64,000 nucleotides of DNA, taken from assembly GCA_009914755.4 (NCBI GenBank), contig CP086569.2, positions 21,152,001-21,216,000 on the forward strand, read 5' to 3'. Positions 39,831 to 52,689 of this stretch are shown here, in pieces (position 1 is the first letter of the stretch; the number at the start of each line of letters is the position of its first letter). The notes beneath the pieces were generated by a model, which did not search any database, was not told the origin of the DNA, and was given only the letters and a program-made list of their open reading frames with translations. The stretch comes from the human T2T-CHM13v2.0 reference genome, Homo sapiens. The position numbers and the translations under genes are program-made.

Positions 39831-41950
39831 GGTTCATGGTCTCCCTCACTTCAAGAATGAAGCTGCCGACCTTAGTGCTGAGTGTTACAGCACGTGAAGG
39901 TGTTATGTCCAGAGTTCTTTCCTTCAGATGTGTCCAGCGTTTCTTCCTTCTGGCAGGTTCATGGTCTTCCTCACTTCAAGAAGGAAGCTGCAGACCTTAC
40001 TGGTGAGTGTTACAGCAATTAAAGTTGTTATATCCAGAGTTTGTTCCTTCAGATGTTTCCAGAGTTTCTTCCTTCTGGCAGGTTCGTGGTCTTGCTCACT
40101 TCTTTAATGCAGCTGCAGACCTTACTGGTGAGTGTTACAGCACTTAAATGTGTTATGTCCAGAGTTTGTTTCTTCAGAGTTGTCCAGAGTTTCTTCCTTC
40201 TGGCAGTTTCGTGGTCTTCCTCACTTCAAGAATGAAGCTGCAGACCTTACTGGTGAGTGTTACAGCACTTAAAGGTGTTATGTCCAGACATTTTTCCGTC
40301 AGATGTGTCCAGGGTTTCTGTCTTCTGGCAGGTTCATGGTCTTGCTCACTTCAAGAATGAAGCTGCAGACTTTAGTGGTGAGTGTTACAGCACTTAAAGG
40401 TGTTATGTCCAGAGTTTTTTCCTTCAGATGTGTCCAGCGTTTCTTCCTTCTGGCAGGTTCATGGTCTTGCTCACTTCAAGAATGAAGCTGCAGACCTTAC
40501 TGTTGAGTGTTAAAGCACTTAAAGGTGTTATATCCAGAGTTTGTTCCTTCAGATGTGTCCAGAGTTTCTTCCTTCTGGCAGGTTCATGGTGTTGCTCACT
40601 TCAACAATGAAGCTGCAGACCTTAGTGTTGAGTGTTACAACACTTAAAAGTGTTATGTCCAGAGTTTGTTCCTTCAGATGTGTCCAGAGTTTTTTCCTTC
40701 CGGCAGGTTCGTGGTCTTGCTCACTTCCTTAATGAAGCTGCAGACCTTACTGGTGAGTGTTACAGCACTTAAAGGTGTTATGTCCAGAGTTTGTTCCTTC
40801 AGATGTGTCCAGTGTTTCTTCCTTCTGGCAGGTTCATGGTGTTGCTTACTTTAAGAATGAAGCTGCAGACCTTAATGGTGAGTGTTACAGCACTTGAAGG
40901 TGTTATGTGCAGAGTTTTTTCCTTCAGATGTGTCCAGAGTTTCTTCCTTCTTGCAGGTTCGTGGTCTTGCTCACTTCCTTAATGAAGCTGCAGACCTTAA
41001 TGGTGACTGTTACAGCACTTAAAGGTGTTATGTCCAGAGTTTTTTTCCTTCAGATGTGTCCTGAGTGTCTTCCTTCTGGCAGGTTCATGGTCTTGCTCAC
41101 TTCACTAATGAAGCTGCAGACCTTACTGGTGAGTTTTACAGCACTTAAAGGTGTTATGTCCAGAGTTTGTTCCTCCAGATGTGTCCAGGGTTTCTGTCTT
41201 CTGGCAGGTACATTGTCTTGCTCACTTCAAGAATGAAGCTGCCGAACTTAGTGGTGATTGTTACAGTATTTAAAGGTGTTATGTCCAGAGTTTTTTCCTT
41301 CAGATGTGTCCAGCGTTTCTTCCTTCTGGCAGGTTCATGGTCTTCCTCACTTGAAGAATGAAGCTGCAGACCATACTCTTTAGTGTTAAAGCACTTCAAG
41401 GTGTTATGTCCAGAGTTTGTTCCTTCAGATGTGTCCAGAGTTTCTTCCTTCTGGCATGTTCATGGTGTTGCTCACTTCAAGAATGAAGCTGCAGACCTTA
41501 GTGTTGAGTGTTACAGCACTTAAAGGTGTTATGTCCAGTGTTTGTTCCTTCAGATGTGTCCAGAGTTTCTTCCTTCTTGCAGGTTCGTGGTCTTGCTCAC
41601 TTCCTTAATGAAGCTGCAGACCTTACTGGTGAGTGTTACAGCACTTATAGGTGTTATGTCCAGAGTTTGTTCCTTCAGATGTGTCCAGTGTTTCTTCCTT
41701 CTGGCAGGTTCATGGTCTTGCTCACTTCAAGAATGAAGCTGCAGACTTTTGTGGTGAGTGTTACAGCATTTAAAGTTGTTATGTCCACAATTTGTTCCTT
41801 CAGATGTGTCCAGTGTTTCTTCCTTCTGGCAGGTTGATTGTCTTGCTCACTTCAAGAATGAAGCTGCAGACCTTACTGGTGAGTGTTACAGTACTTAAAG
41901 CTGTTATGTCCAGAGTTTGATCCTTCAGATGTTTCCAGAGTTTCTTCCTT
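39790..41950 (+). repeat. Duplicated ~2.16-kb block, copy 1 (its partner is 2626 bp = 21 monomers + 1 bp downstream)
   Basis: ORFs 40041, 40148, 40303, 40428, 40541, 40666, 40791, 40907, 41417 and minus-strand 41154-41399 match ORFs 42667, 42774, 42929, 43054, 43167, 43292, 43417, 43533, 44043 and minus-strand 43780-44025. The 7-T run variant 'cagagtttttttcc' is shared at about 41040 and 43670. Confidence 0.8.
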
Positions 41951-42415
41951 CTGGCAGGTTCGTGGTCTTCCTCACTTCAAGAATGAAGCTGCAGACCTTA
42001 GTGTTGAGTGTTACAGCACGTAAAGGTGTTATGTCCAGAGTTTGTTCCTTCAGATGTGTCCAGAGTTTCTTCCTTCTGGCAGGTTCATGGTGTTGCTCAC
42101 TTCAAGAATGAAGCTGCAGACCTTACTGGTGAGTGTTACAGCACTTAAAGCTGTTATGTCCAGAGTTTGTTCCTTCAGATGTTTCCAGAGTTTCTTCCTT
42201 CTGGCAGGTTCGTGGTCTTGCTCACTTCTTTAATGAAGCTGCAGACCTTACTGGTGAGTGTTACAGCACTTAAAGGTGTTATGTCCAGAGTTTGTTCCTT
42301 CAGATGTGTCCTGAGTGTCTTCCTTCTGGCAGGTTCATGGTCTTGCTCACTTCACTAATGAAGCTGCAGACATTACTGGTGAGTGTTACAGCACTTAAAG
42401 GTGTTAAGTCCAGAG

Positions 42416-44575
42416 TTTGTTCCTTCAGATGTGTCCAGGGTTTCTGTTTTCTGGCAGGTTCATGGTCTCCCTCACTTCAAGAATGAAGCTGCCGACCTTA
42501 GTGGTGAGTGTTACAGCACTTGAAGGTGTTATGTCCAGAGTTCTTTCCTTCAGATGTGTCCAGCGTTTCTTCCTTCTGGCAGGTTCATGGTCTTCCTCAC
42601 TTCAAGAATGAAGCTGCAGACCTTACTGGTGAGTGTTACAGCAATTAAAGTTGTTATATCCAGAGTTTGTTCCTTCAGATGTTTCCAGAGTTTCTTCCTT
42701 CTGGCAGGTTCGTGGTCTTGCTCACTTCTTTAATGCAGCTGCAGACCTTACTGGTGAGTGTTACAGCACTTAAATGTGTTATGTCCAGAGTTTGTTTCTT
42801 CAGAGGTGTCCAGAGTTTCTTCCTTCTGGCAGTTTCGTGGTCTTCCTCACTTCAAGAATGAAGCTGCAGACCTTACTGGTGAGTGTTACAGCACTTAAAG
42901 GTGTTATGTCCAGACATTTTTCCGTCAGATGTGTCCAGGGTTTCTGTCTTCTGGCAGGTTCATGGTCTTGCTCACTTCAAGAATGAAGCTGCAGACTTTA
43001 GTGGTGAGTGTTACAGCACTTAAAGGTGTTATGTCCAGAGTTTTTTCCTTCAGATGTGTCCAGCGTTTCTTCCTTCTGGCAGTTTCATGGTCTTGCTCAC
43101 TTCAAGAATGAAGCTGCAGACCTTACTGTTGAGTGTTAAAGCACTTAAAGGTGTTATGTCCAGAGTTTGTTCCTTCAGATGTGTCCAGAGTTTCTTCCTT
43201 CTGGCAGGTTCATGGTGTTGCTCACTTCAACAATGAAGCTGCAGACCTTAGTGTTGAGTGTTACAGCACTTAAAAGTGTTATGTCCAGAGTTTGTTCCTT
43301 CAGATGTGTCCAGAGTTTTTTCCTTCTGGCAGGTTCGTGGTCTTGCTCACTTCCTTAATGAAGCTGCAGACCTTACTGGTGAGTGTTACAGCACTTAAAG
43401 GTGTTATGTCCAGAGTTTGTTTCTTCAGATATATCCAGTGTTTCTTCCTTCTGGCAGGTTCATGGTGTTGCTCACTTTAAGAATGAAGCTGCTGACCTTA
43501 ATGGTGAGTGTTACAGCACTTGAAGGTGTTATGTGCAGAGTTTTTTCCTTCAGATGTGTCCAGAGTTTCTTCCTTCTTGCAGGTTCGTGGTCTTGCTCAC
43601 TTCCTTAATGAAGCTGCAGACCTTAATGGTGACTGTTACAGCACTTAAAGGTGTTATGTCCAGAGTTTTTTTCCTTCAGATGTGTCCTGAGTGTCTTCCT
43701 TCTGGCAGGTTCATGGTCTTGCTCACTTCACTAATGAAGCTGCAGACCTTACTGGTGAGTTTTACAGCACTTAAAGGTGTTATGTCCAGAGTTTGTTCCT
43801 CCAGATGTGTCCAGGGTTTCTGTCTTCTGGCAGGTACATGGTCTTGCTCACTTCAAGAATGAAGCTGCCGAACTTAGTGGTGATTGTTACAGTACTTAAA
43901 GGTGTTATGTCCAGAGTTTTTTCCTTCAGATGTGTCCAGCGTTTCTTCCTTCTGGCAGGTTCATAGTCTTGCTCACTTGAAGAATGAAGCTGCAGACCAT
44001 ACTCTTTAGTGTTAAAGCACTTCAAGGTGTTATGTCCAGAGTTTGTTCCTTCAGATGTGTCCAGAGTTTCTTCCTTCTGGCATGTTCATGGTGTTGCTCA
44101 CTTCAAGAATGAAGCTGCAGACCTTAGTGTTGAGTGTTACAGCACTTATAGGTGTTATGTCCAGTGTTTGTTCCTTCAGATGTGTCCAGAGTTTCTTCCT
44201 TCTTGCAGGTTCGTGGTCTTGCTCACTTCCTTAATGAAGCTGCAGACCTTACTGGTGAGTGTTACAGCACTTAAAGGTGTTATGTCCAGAGTTTGTTCCT
44301 TCAGATGTGTCCAGTGTTTCTTCCTTCTGGCAGGTTCATGGTCTTGCTCACTTCAAGAATGAAGCTGCAGACTTTTGTGGTGAGTGTTACAGCATTTAAA
44401 GTTGTTATGTCCACAATTTGTTCCTTCAGATGTGTCCAGGGTTTCTTCCTTCTGGCAGGTTCATGGTCTTGCTCACTTCAAGAATGAAGTTGCAGACCTT
44501 ACTGGTGACTGTTACAGTACTTAAAGCTGTTATGTCCAGAGTTTGATCCTTCAGATATTTCCAGAGTTTCTTCCT
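42416..44575 (+). repeat. Duplicated ~2.16-kb block, copy 2 of 39790-41950
   Basis: See copy 1. Confidence 0.8.
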
Positions 44576-47500
44576 TCTGGCAGGTTCGTGTTCTTGCTCA
44601 CTTCTTTAATGAAGCTGCAGACCTTACTGGTGAGTATTACAGCACTTAAATGTGTTATGTCCAGAGATTGTTTCTCCAGATGTGTCCAGAGTTTCTTCCT
44701 TCTGGCAGTTTCGTGGTCTTCCTCACTTCAAGAATGAAGCTGCAGACCTTAGTGTTGAGTGTTACAGCACGTAAAGGTGTTATGTCCAGAGTTTGTTCCT
44801 TCAGATGTGTCCAGAGTTACTTCCTTCTGGCAGGTTCATGGTGTTGCTCACTTCAAGAATCAAGCTGCAGACCTTACTGTTGAGTGTTACAGCACTTAAA
44901 GCTGTTATGTCCAGAGTTTGTTCCTTCAGATGTTTCCAGAGTTTCTTCCTTCTGGCAGGTTCGTGGTCTTGCTCACTTCTTTAATGAAGCTACAGACCTT
45001 ACTGGTGAGTGTTACATCACTTAAAGGTGTTATGTCCAGAGTTTGTTCCTTCAGATGTGTCCAGAGTGTCTTCCTTCTGGCAGGTTCATGGTCTTGCTCA
45101 CTTCACTAATGAAGCTGCAGTCCTTACTGGTGAGTGTTACAGCACTTAAAGGTGTTATGTCCAGAGTTTGTTCCTTCAGATGTGTCCAGGGTTTCTGTCT
45201 TCTGGCAGGTTCATGGTCTTCCTCACTTCAAGAATGAAGCTGCCGACCTTAGTGGTGAGTGTTACAGCACTTGAAGGTGTTATGTCCAGAATTCTTTCCT
45301 TCAGATGTGTCCAGCGTTTCTTCCTTCTGGCAGGTTCATGGTCTTCCTCACTTCAAGAATGAAGCTGCAGACCTTACTGTTGAGTGTTACAGCAATTAAA
45401 GTTGTTATATCCAGAGTTTGTTCCTTCAGATGTTTCCAGAGTTTCTTCCTTCTGGCAGGTTCGTGGTCTTGCTCACATCTTTAATGAAGCTGCAGACCTT
45501 ACTGGTGAGTCTTACAGCACTTAAAGGTGTTATGTCCAGATTTTGTTTCTTCAGATGTGTCCAGAGTTTCTTCCTTCTGGCAGTTTCGTGGTCTTCCTCA
45601 CTTCAAGAATGAAGCTGCAGACCTTACTGGTGAGTGTTACTGCACTTTAAGGTGTTATGTCCAGAGTTTGTTCCTTCAGTTGTGTCCAGAGTGTCTTCCT
45701 TCTGGCAGGTTCATGGTCTTGCTCACTTCAAGAATGAAGCTGCAGACCTTACTGGTGAGTGTTACAGCACTTAAAGGTGTTATGTCCAGAGTTTGTTACT
45801 TCACATGTGTCCAGGGTTTCTGTCTTATGGCAGGTACATGGTCTTGCTCACTTCAAGAATGAAGCTGCAGAGCTTACTAGTGAGTGTTACAGCACTTGAA
45901 GGTGTTATGTGCAGAGTTTTTTCCTTCAGATGTGTCCAGAGTTTCTTCCTTCTTGCAGGTTCGTGGTCTTGCTCACTTCCTTAATGAAGCTGCAGACCTT
46001 ACTGGTGAGTGTTACAGCACTTAAAGGTTTTAGGTCCAGAGTTTGTTCCTTCAGATGTGTCCAGTGTTTCTTCCTTCTGGCAGGTTCATGGTCTTGCTCA
46101 CTTCAAGAATGAAGCTGCAGACTTTTGTGGTGAGTGTTACAGCAGTTAAAGTTGTTATGTCCAGAATTTGTTCCTTAAGATGTGTCCAGTGTTTCTTCCT
46201 TCTGGCAGGTTCATGGTCTCGCTCACTTCAAGAATGAAGCTGCAGGCCTTACTGGTGAGTGTTACAGCACTTAAAGGTGTTATGTCCAGAGTTTGTTCCT
46301 TCACATTTGTCCAGGGTTTCTGTCGTATTGCAGGTACATGGTCTTGCTCACTTCAAGAATGAAGCTGCCGAACTTAGGGGTGAGTGTTACAGTACTTAAA
46401 GGTGTTATGTCCAGAGTTTTTTCTTTCAGATGCGTCCAGCGTTTCTTCCTTCTGGCAGGTACATGGTCTTGCTCACTTCAAGAATGAAGCTGCAGACATT
46501 ACTGTTTAGTGTTAAAGCACTTAAAGGTGTTATGTCCAGAGTTTGTTCCTTCAGATGTGTCCAGAGTTTCTTCCTTCTGGCATGTTCATGGTGTTGCTCA
46601 CTTCAAGAATGAAGCTGCAGACCTTAGTGTTGAGTGTTACAGCACTTAAAGGTGTTATGTCCAGGGTTTGTTCCTACAGATGTGTCCAGAGTTTCTTCCT
46701 TCTTGCAGGTTCGTGGTCTTGCTCACTTCCTTAATGAAGCTGCAGACCTTACTGGTGAATGTTACAGCACTTAAATGTGTTATGTCCAGAGTTTGTTCCT
46801 TCAGATGTGTCCAGTGTTTCTTCCTTCTGGCAGGTTCATGGTCTTGCTCACTTCAAGAATGAAGCTGCAGACTTTTGTGGTGAGTGTTACAGCAGTTAAA
46901 GTTGTTATGTCCACAATTTGTTCCTTCAGATGTGTCCAGTGTTTCTTCCCTCTGGCAGGTTCATGGTCTTGCTCACTTCAAGAATGAAGCTGCAGACCTT
47001 ACTGGTGAGTGTTACAGTACTTAAAGCTGTTATGTCCAGAGTTTGATCCTTCAGATGTTTCCAGAGTTTCTTCCTTCTGGCAGGTTCGTGGTATTGCTCA
47101 CTTCTTTAATGAAGCTGCAGACCTTACTGGTGAGTGTTACAGCACTTAAAGGTGTTATGTCCAGAGATTGTTTCTTCAGATGTGTCCAGAGTTTCTTCCT
47201 TCTGGCAGTTTCGTGGTCTTCCTCACTTCAAGAATGAAGCCGCAGACCTTAGTGTTGAGTGTTACAGCACGTAAAGGTGTTATGTCCAGAGTTTGTTCCT
47301 TCAGATGTGTCCAGAGTGTCTTCCTTCTGGCAGGTTCATGGTCTTGCTCACTTCAAGAATGAAGCTGCAGACCTTACTGGTGAGTGTTACAGCACTTAAA
47401 GCTGTTATGTCCAGAGTTTGTTTCTTCAGATGTGTCCAGAATTTCTTCCTTCCGGCAGTTTCGTGGTCTTCCTCACTTCAAGAATGAAGCTGCAGACCTT

Positions 47501-49200
47501 AGTGTTGAGTGTTACAGCACTTAAATGTGTTATGTCCAGAGTTTTTTCCTTCAGATATGTCCAGCGTTTCTTCCTTCTGGCAGGTTCATGGTGTTGCTCA
47601 CTTCAAGAGTGAAGCTGCAGACCTTACTGTTGAGTTTTAAAGCACTTAAAGCTGTTATGTCCAGAGTTTGTTCCTTCAGATGTGTCCAGAGTTTCTTCCT
47701 TCTGGCAGGTTCATGTTCTTGCTCACTTCACTAATGAAGCTGCAGACCTTACTGGTGAGGGTGGCAGCACTTAAAGGTGTTATGACCAGAGTTTGTTCCT
47801 TCAGGTGTGTCCAGGGTTTCTGTCTTCTGGCAGGTTCATCGTCTTGCTCACTTCAAGAATGAAGCTGCCGACCTTTGTGGTGAGTGTTACAGCATTTGGA
47901 GTTGTTATGTCCAGAGTTTTTTCCTTCAGATGTGTCCAGCGTTTCTTCCTACTGGCAGGTTCATGGTCTTGCTCACTTCAAGAATGAAGCTGCAGACCTT
48001 ACTATTGAGTGTTAAAGCACTTAAAGGTGTTATATCCAGAGTTTGATCCTTCAGATGTGTCCAGAGTTTCTTCCTTCTGGCAGGTTCATGGTGTTGCTCA
48101 ATTCAAGAATGAAGCTGCAGACCTTAGTGTTGAGTGTTACAGCACTTAAAGGTGTTATGTCCAGAGTTTGTTCCTTCAGATGTGTCCAGAGTTTCTTCCT
48201 TCTTGGAGGTTCGTGGTCTTGTTCACTTCCTTAATGAAGCTGCAGACCTTACCGGTGAGTGTTACAGCACATAAAGGTGTTATGTCCAGAGTTTGTTCCT
48301 TCAGATGTGTCCAGGGTTTCTGTCTTCTGGCAGGATCATGGTCTTGCTCATTGAAGAATGAAGCTGCCGACCTTAGTGGTGAGTGTTACAGCATTTAAAG
48401 GTGTTATGTCCAGACTTTGTTCCTTCAGATATGTCCAGAGTTTCTTCCTTCTGGCAGGTTCATTGTCTTGCTCATTTCAAGAATGAAACTGCAGACTTTA
48501 GTGGTGAGTGTTACAGCACTTAAAGTTGTTATGTCCAGAGTTTGTTCCTTCAGATGTGTCCAGAGTGTCTTCCTTCTGGCAGCTTCATGGTCTTGCTCAC
48601 TTCACTAATGAAGCTGCAGACCTTACTGGTGAGTGTTACAGCACTTAAAGATGTTATGTCCAGAGTTTGTTCCTTCAGATGTGTCCAGGGTTTCTGTCTT
48701 CTGGCAGGTTCATGTTATGGCTCACTTCAAGAATGAAGCTGCAGACCTTAGTGGTGAGAGTTACAGCACTTAAAGGTGTTATGTCCAGAGTTTTTTCCTA
48801 CAGATGTGTCCAGCGTTTCTTCCTTCTGGCAGGTTCATAGTCTTGCTCACTTCAAGAATGAAGCTGCAGACCTTACTGTTGAGTGTTAAGGCACTTAAAG
48901 GTGTTATGTCCAGAGTTTGTTCCTTCAGACGTGTCCAGAGTTTCTTCCTTCTGGCAGGTTCGTGGTGTTGCTCACTTCCAGAATGAAGCTGCAGACCTTA
49001 GTGTTGAGTGTTACAACACTTAAAGGTGTTATGTCCAGAGTTTTTTCCTTCAGATATATCCAGCGCTTCTTCCTTCTGGCAGGTTCATGGTCTTGCACAC
49101 TTCAAGAATGAAGCTGCAGACCTTACTGTTGAGTTTTAAAGCACTTAAATTTGTTATGTCCAGAGTTTGTTCCTTCAGATGTGTCCAGAGGTTCTTCCTT
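43530..49200 (+). repeat. Long (~5.7-kb, about 46-monomer) intra-array segmental duplication, copy 1
   Basis: Collinear ORF and peptide matches: 43533<->56293, 44543<->57294, 44650<->57419, 44793<->57544, 45168<->57919, 45418<->58169, 45527<->58260, 46543<->59419, 46668<->59544, 47043<->59919, 47418<->60419, 47525<->60526, 47793<->61044, 48168<->61401, 48417<->61669, 48542<->61794, 48804<->62056, 48917<->62169. The offset grows from 12,751 through 12,876 to 13,252, i.e. whole-monomer indels between the copies. Confidence 0.7.
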
Positions 49201-52200
49201 CTGGCAGGTTCATGGTGTTGCTCACTTCAAGAATGAAGCTGCAGACCTTAGTGGTGAGTGTTACAGCACTTAAAGGTGTTATGTCCTGAGTTTGTTCCTT
49301 CAGATGTGTCAAGAGTTTCTTCCTTCTTGCAGGTTCGTGGTCTTGCTCACTTCCTTAATGAAGCTGCAGACCTTACTGGTGAATGTTACAGCACTTAAAG
49401 GTGTTATGTCCAGAGTTTGTTCCTCCAGATGTGTCCAGGGTTTCTGTCTTCTGGCAGTTTCATGGTGTTGCTCACTTCAAGAATGAAGCTGCAGTCCTTA
49501 GTGTTGAGTGTTACAGCACTTAAAGGTGTTATGTCCAGAGTTTGTTCCTTCAGATGATTCCAGAGTTTCTTCCTTCTTGCAGGTTCGTGGTCTTGCTCAC
49601 TTCCTTAATGAAGCTGCAGACCTTACTGGTGAGTGTTACAGCACTTAAAGGTTTTAGGTCCAGAGTTTGTTCCTTCAGATGTGTCCAGTGTTTCTTCCTT
49701 CTGGCAGGTTCATGGTCTTGCTCACTTCAAGAATGAAGCTGCAGACTTTGTGGTGAGTGTTACAGCAGTTAAAGTTGTTATGTCCAGAATTTGTTCCTTC
49801 AGATGTGTCCAGTGTTTCTTCCTTCTGGCAGGTTCATGGTCTTGCTCACTTCAAGAATGAAGCTGCAGGCCTTGCTGCTGAGTGTTACAGCACTTAAAGC
49901 TCATATGTCCAGAGTTTGTTCCTTCAGATGTTTCCAGAGTTTCTTCCTTCTGGCACGTTCGTGGTCTTGCTCACTTCTTTAATGAAGCTGCAGACCTTAC
50001 TTGTGAGTGTTACAGCACTTAAATGTGTTATGTCCAGAGTTTGTTTCTTCAGATGTGTCCAGAGTTTCTTCTTTCTGGCAGTTTCGTGGTCTTCCTCACT
50101 TCAAGAATGAAGCTGCAGACCTTACTGGTGAGTGTTACAGCACTTAAAGTTGTTATGTCCAGAGTTTGTTCCTTCAGATGTGTCCAGGGTTTCTATCTTC
50201 TGGCAGGTTCATGGTGTTGCTCACTTCAAGAATGAATCTGCCGACCTTAGTGGTGAGTTTTACAGCACTTAAAGGTGTTATGTCCAGAGTTTTTTCCTTC
50301 AGATATGTCCAGCGTTTCTTCCTTCTGGCAGGTTCATGGTCTTGCTCATTTCAAGAATGAAGCTGCAGACTTTTACGGTGAGTGTTACAGCACTTAAAGG
50401 TGTTTTGTCCAGAGTTTGTTGCTTCAGATGTGTCCAGAGTTTCTTTCTTCTGGCAGGTTCATGGTGTTGCTCACTTCAAGAATGAAGCTGCAGACCTTAC
50501 TGGTGAGTGTTACAGCACTTAAAGCTGTTATGTCCAGAGTTTGTTCCTTCATATGTTTCCAGAGTTTCTTCCTTCTGGCAGGTTCGTGGTCTTGCTCACT
50601 TCTTTAATGAAGCTGCAGACCTTACTGGTGAGTGTTACAGCACTTAAAGTTGTTATGTCCAGAGTTTGTTTCTTCAGATGTGTCCAGAGATTCTTCCTTC
50701 TGGCAGTTTCCTGGTCTTCCTCACTTCAAGAATGAAGCTGCAGACTTTACTGGTGAGTGTTACAGCACTTAAAGTTGTTATGTCCAGAGTTTGTTCCTTC
50801 AGATGTGTCCAGAGTGTCTTCCTTCTGGCATGTTCATGGTCTTGCTCACTTCACTAATGAAGCTGCAGACCTTACTGGTGAGGGTTACAGTACTTAAAGG
50901 TGTTATGTACAGAGTTTGTTCCTTCAGATGTGTCCAGGGTTTCTGTCTTCTGGCAGGTTCATGGTCTTGCTCAATTCAAGAATGAAGCTGCCGATATTAG
51001 TGGTGAGTGTTACAGCACTTAAAGGTGTTATGTCCAGTGTTTGTTCTTTCAGATGTGTCCAGAGTTTCTTCCTTCTTGCAGGTTCGTGGTCTGGCTCACT
51101 TCCTTAATGAAGCTGCAGACCTTAATGGTGAGTGTTACAGCACTTAAAGGTGTTATGTCCAGAGTTTTTTTCCTTCAGATGTGTCCTGAGTGTCTTCATT
51201 CTGGCAGGTTCATGGTCTTGCTCACTTCACTAATGAAGCTGCAGACCTTACTGGTGAGTGTTACAGCACTTAAAGGTGTTATGTCCAGAGTTTGTTCCTT
51301 CAGATGTGTCCAGGGTTTCTGTCTTCTGGCAGGTACATGGTCTTCCTCACTTCAAGAATGAAGCTGCCGAACTTATTGGTGAGTGTTACAGTACTTAAAG
51401 GTGTTATGTCCAGAGTTTTTTCCTTCAGATGTGTCCAGCGTTTCTTCCTTTTGGCAGGTTCATGGTCTTGCTCACTTCAAGAATGAAGCTGCAGACCATA
51501 CTCTTTAGTGTTAAAGCACTTCAAGGTGTTATGTCCAGAGTTTGTTCCTTCAGATGTGTCCAGAGTTTCTTCCTTCTGGCATGTTCATGTTGTTGCTCAC
51601 TTCAAGAATGAAGCTGCAGACCTTAGTGTTGAGTGTTACAGCACTTAAAGGTGTTATGTCCAGTGTTTGTTCCTTCAGATGTGTCCAGAGTTTCTTCCTT
51701 CTTGCATGTTCGTGGTCTTGCTCACTTCCTTAATGAAGCTGCAGACCTTACTGGTGAGTGTTACAGCACTTAAAGGTGTTATGTCCAGAGTTTGTTCCTT
51801 CAGATGTGTCCAGAGTTACATCCTTCTGGCAGGTTCATGGTGTTGCTCACTTCAAGAATCAAGCTGCAGACCTTACTGGTGAGTGTTACAGCACTTAAAG
51901 CTGTTATGTCCAGAGTTTGTTCCTTCAGATGTTTCCAGAGTTTCTTCCTTCTGGCAGTTTCGTGGTCTTGCTCACTTCTTTAATGAAGCTGCAGACCTTA
52001 CTGGTGAGTGTTACAGCACTTAAAGGTGTTATGTCCAGAGTTTGTTCCTTCAGATGTGTCCAGAGTGTCTTCCTTCTGGCAGGTTCGTGGTCTTGCTCAC
52101 TTCACTAATGAAGCTGCAGACCTTACTGGTGAGTATTACAGCACTTAAAGGTGTTATGTCCAGAGTTTGTTCCTTCAGATGTGTCCAGGGTTTCTGTCTT

Positions 52201-52689
52201 CTGGCAGGTTCATGGTCTTCCTCACTTCAAGAATGAAGCTGCCGACCTTAGTGTTGAGTGTTACAGCACTTGAAGGTGTTATGTCCAGAGTTCTTTCCTT
52301 CAGATGTGTCCAGCGTTTCTTCCTTCTGGCAGGTTCATGGTCTTCCTCACTTCAAGAATGAAGCTGCAGACCTTACTGGTGAGTGTTACAGCAATTAAAG
52401 TTGTTATATCCAGAGTTTGTTCCTTCAGATGTTTCCAGAGTTTCTTCCTTCTGGCAGGTTCGTCTTCTTGCTCACTTCTTTAATGAAGCTGCAGACCTTA
52501 CTGGTGAGTGTTACAGCACTTAAAGGTGTTAGGTCCAGAGTTTGTTTCTTCAGATGTGTCCAGAGTTTCTTCCTTCTGGCAGTTTCGTGGTCTTCCTCAC
52601 TTCAAGAATGAAGCTGCAGACCTTACTGGTGAGTGTTACAGCACTTTAAGGTGTTATGTCCAGAGTTTGTTCCTTCAGATGTGTCCAGA

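Noticed and set aside
7554-44025. Four minus-strand ORFs (7554-7817, 22426-22620, 41154-41399, 43780-44025) of 64-87 aa with similar peptides ('...HEPARRKKLWTHLKE.TLDITPL...')
   Set aside because: These are the reverse-strand reading of the same monomers. They appear only where variant monomers (e.g. 'gaccatactctttagtgttaaagcacttcaaggtg', 'cttgaagaatgaag') remove minus-strand stop codons. Two of them are copies of each other because they sit inside the 21-monomer duplication. There is no independent coding evidence.
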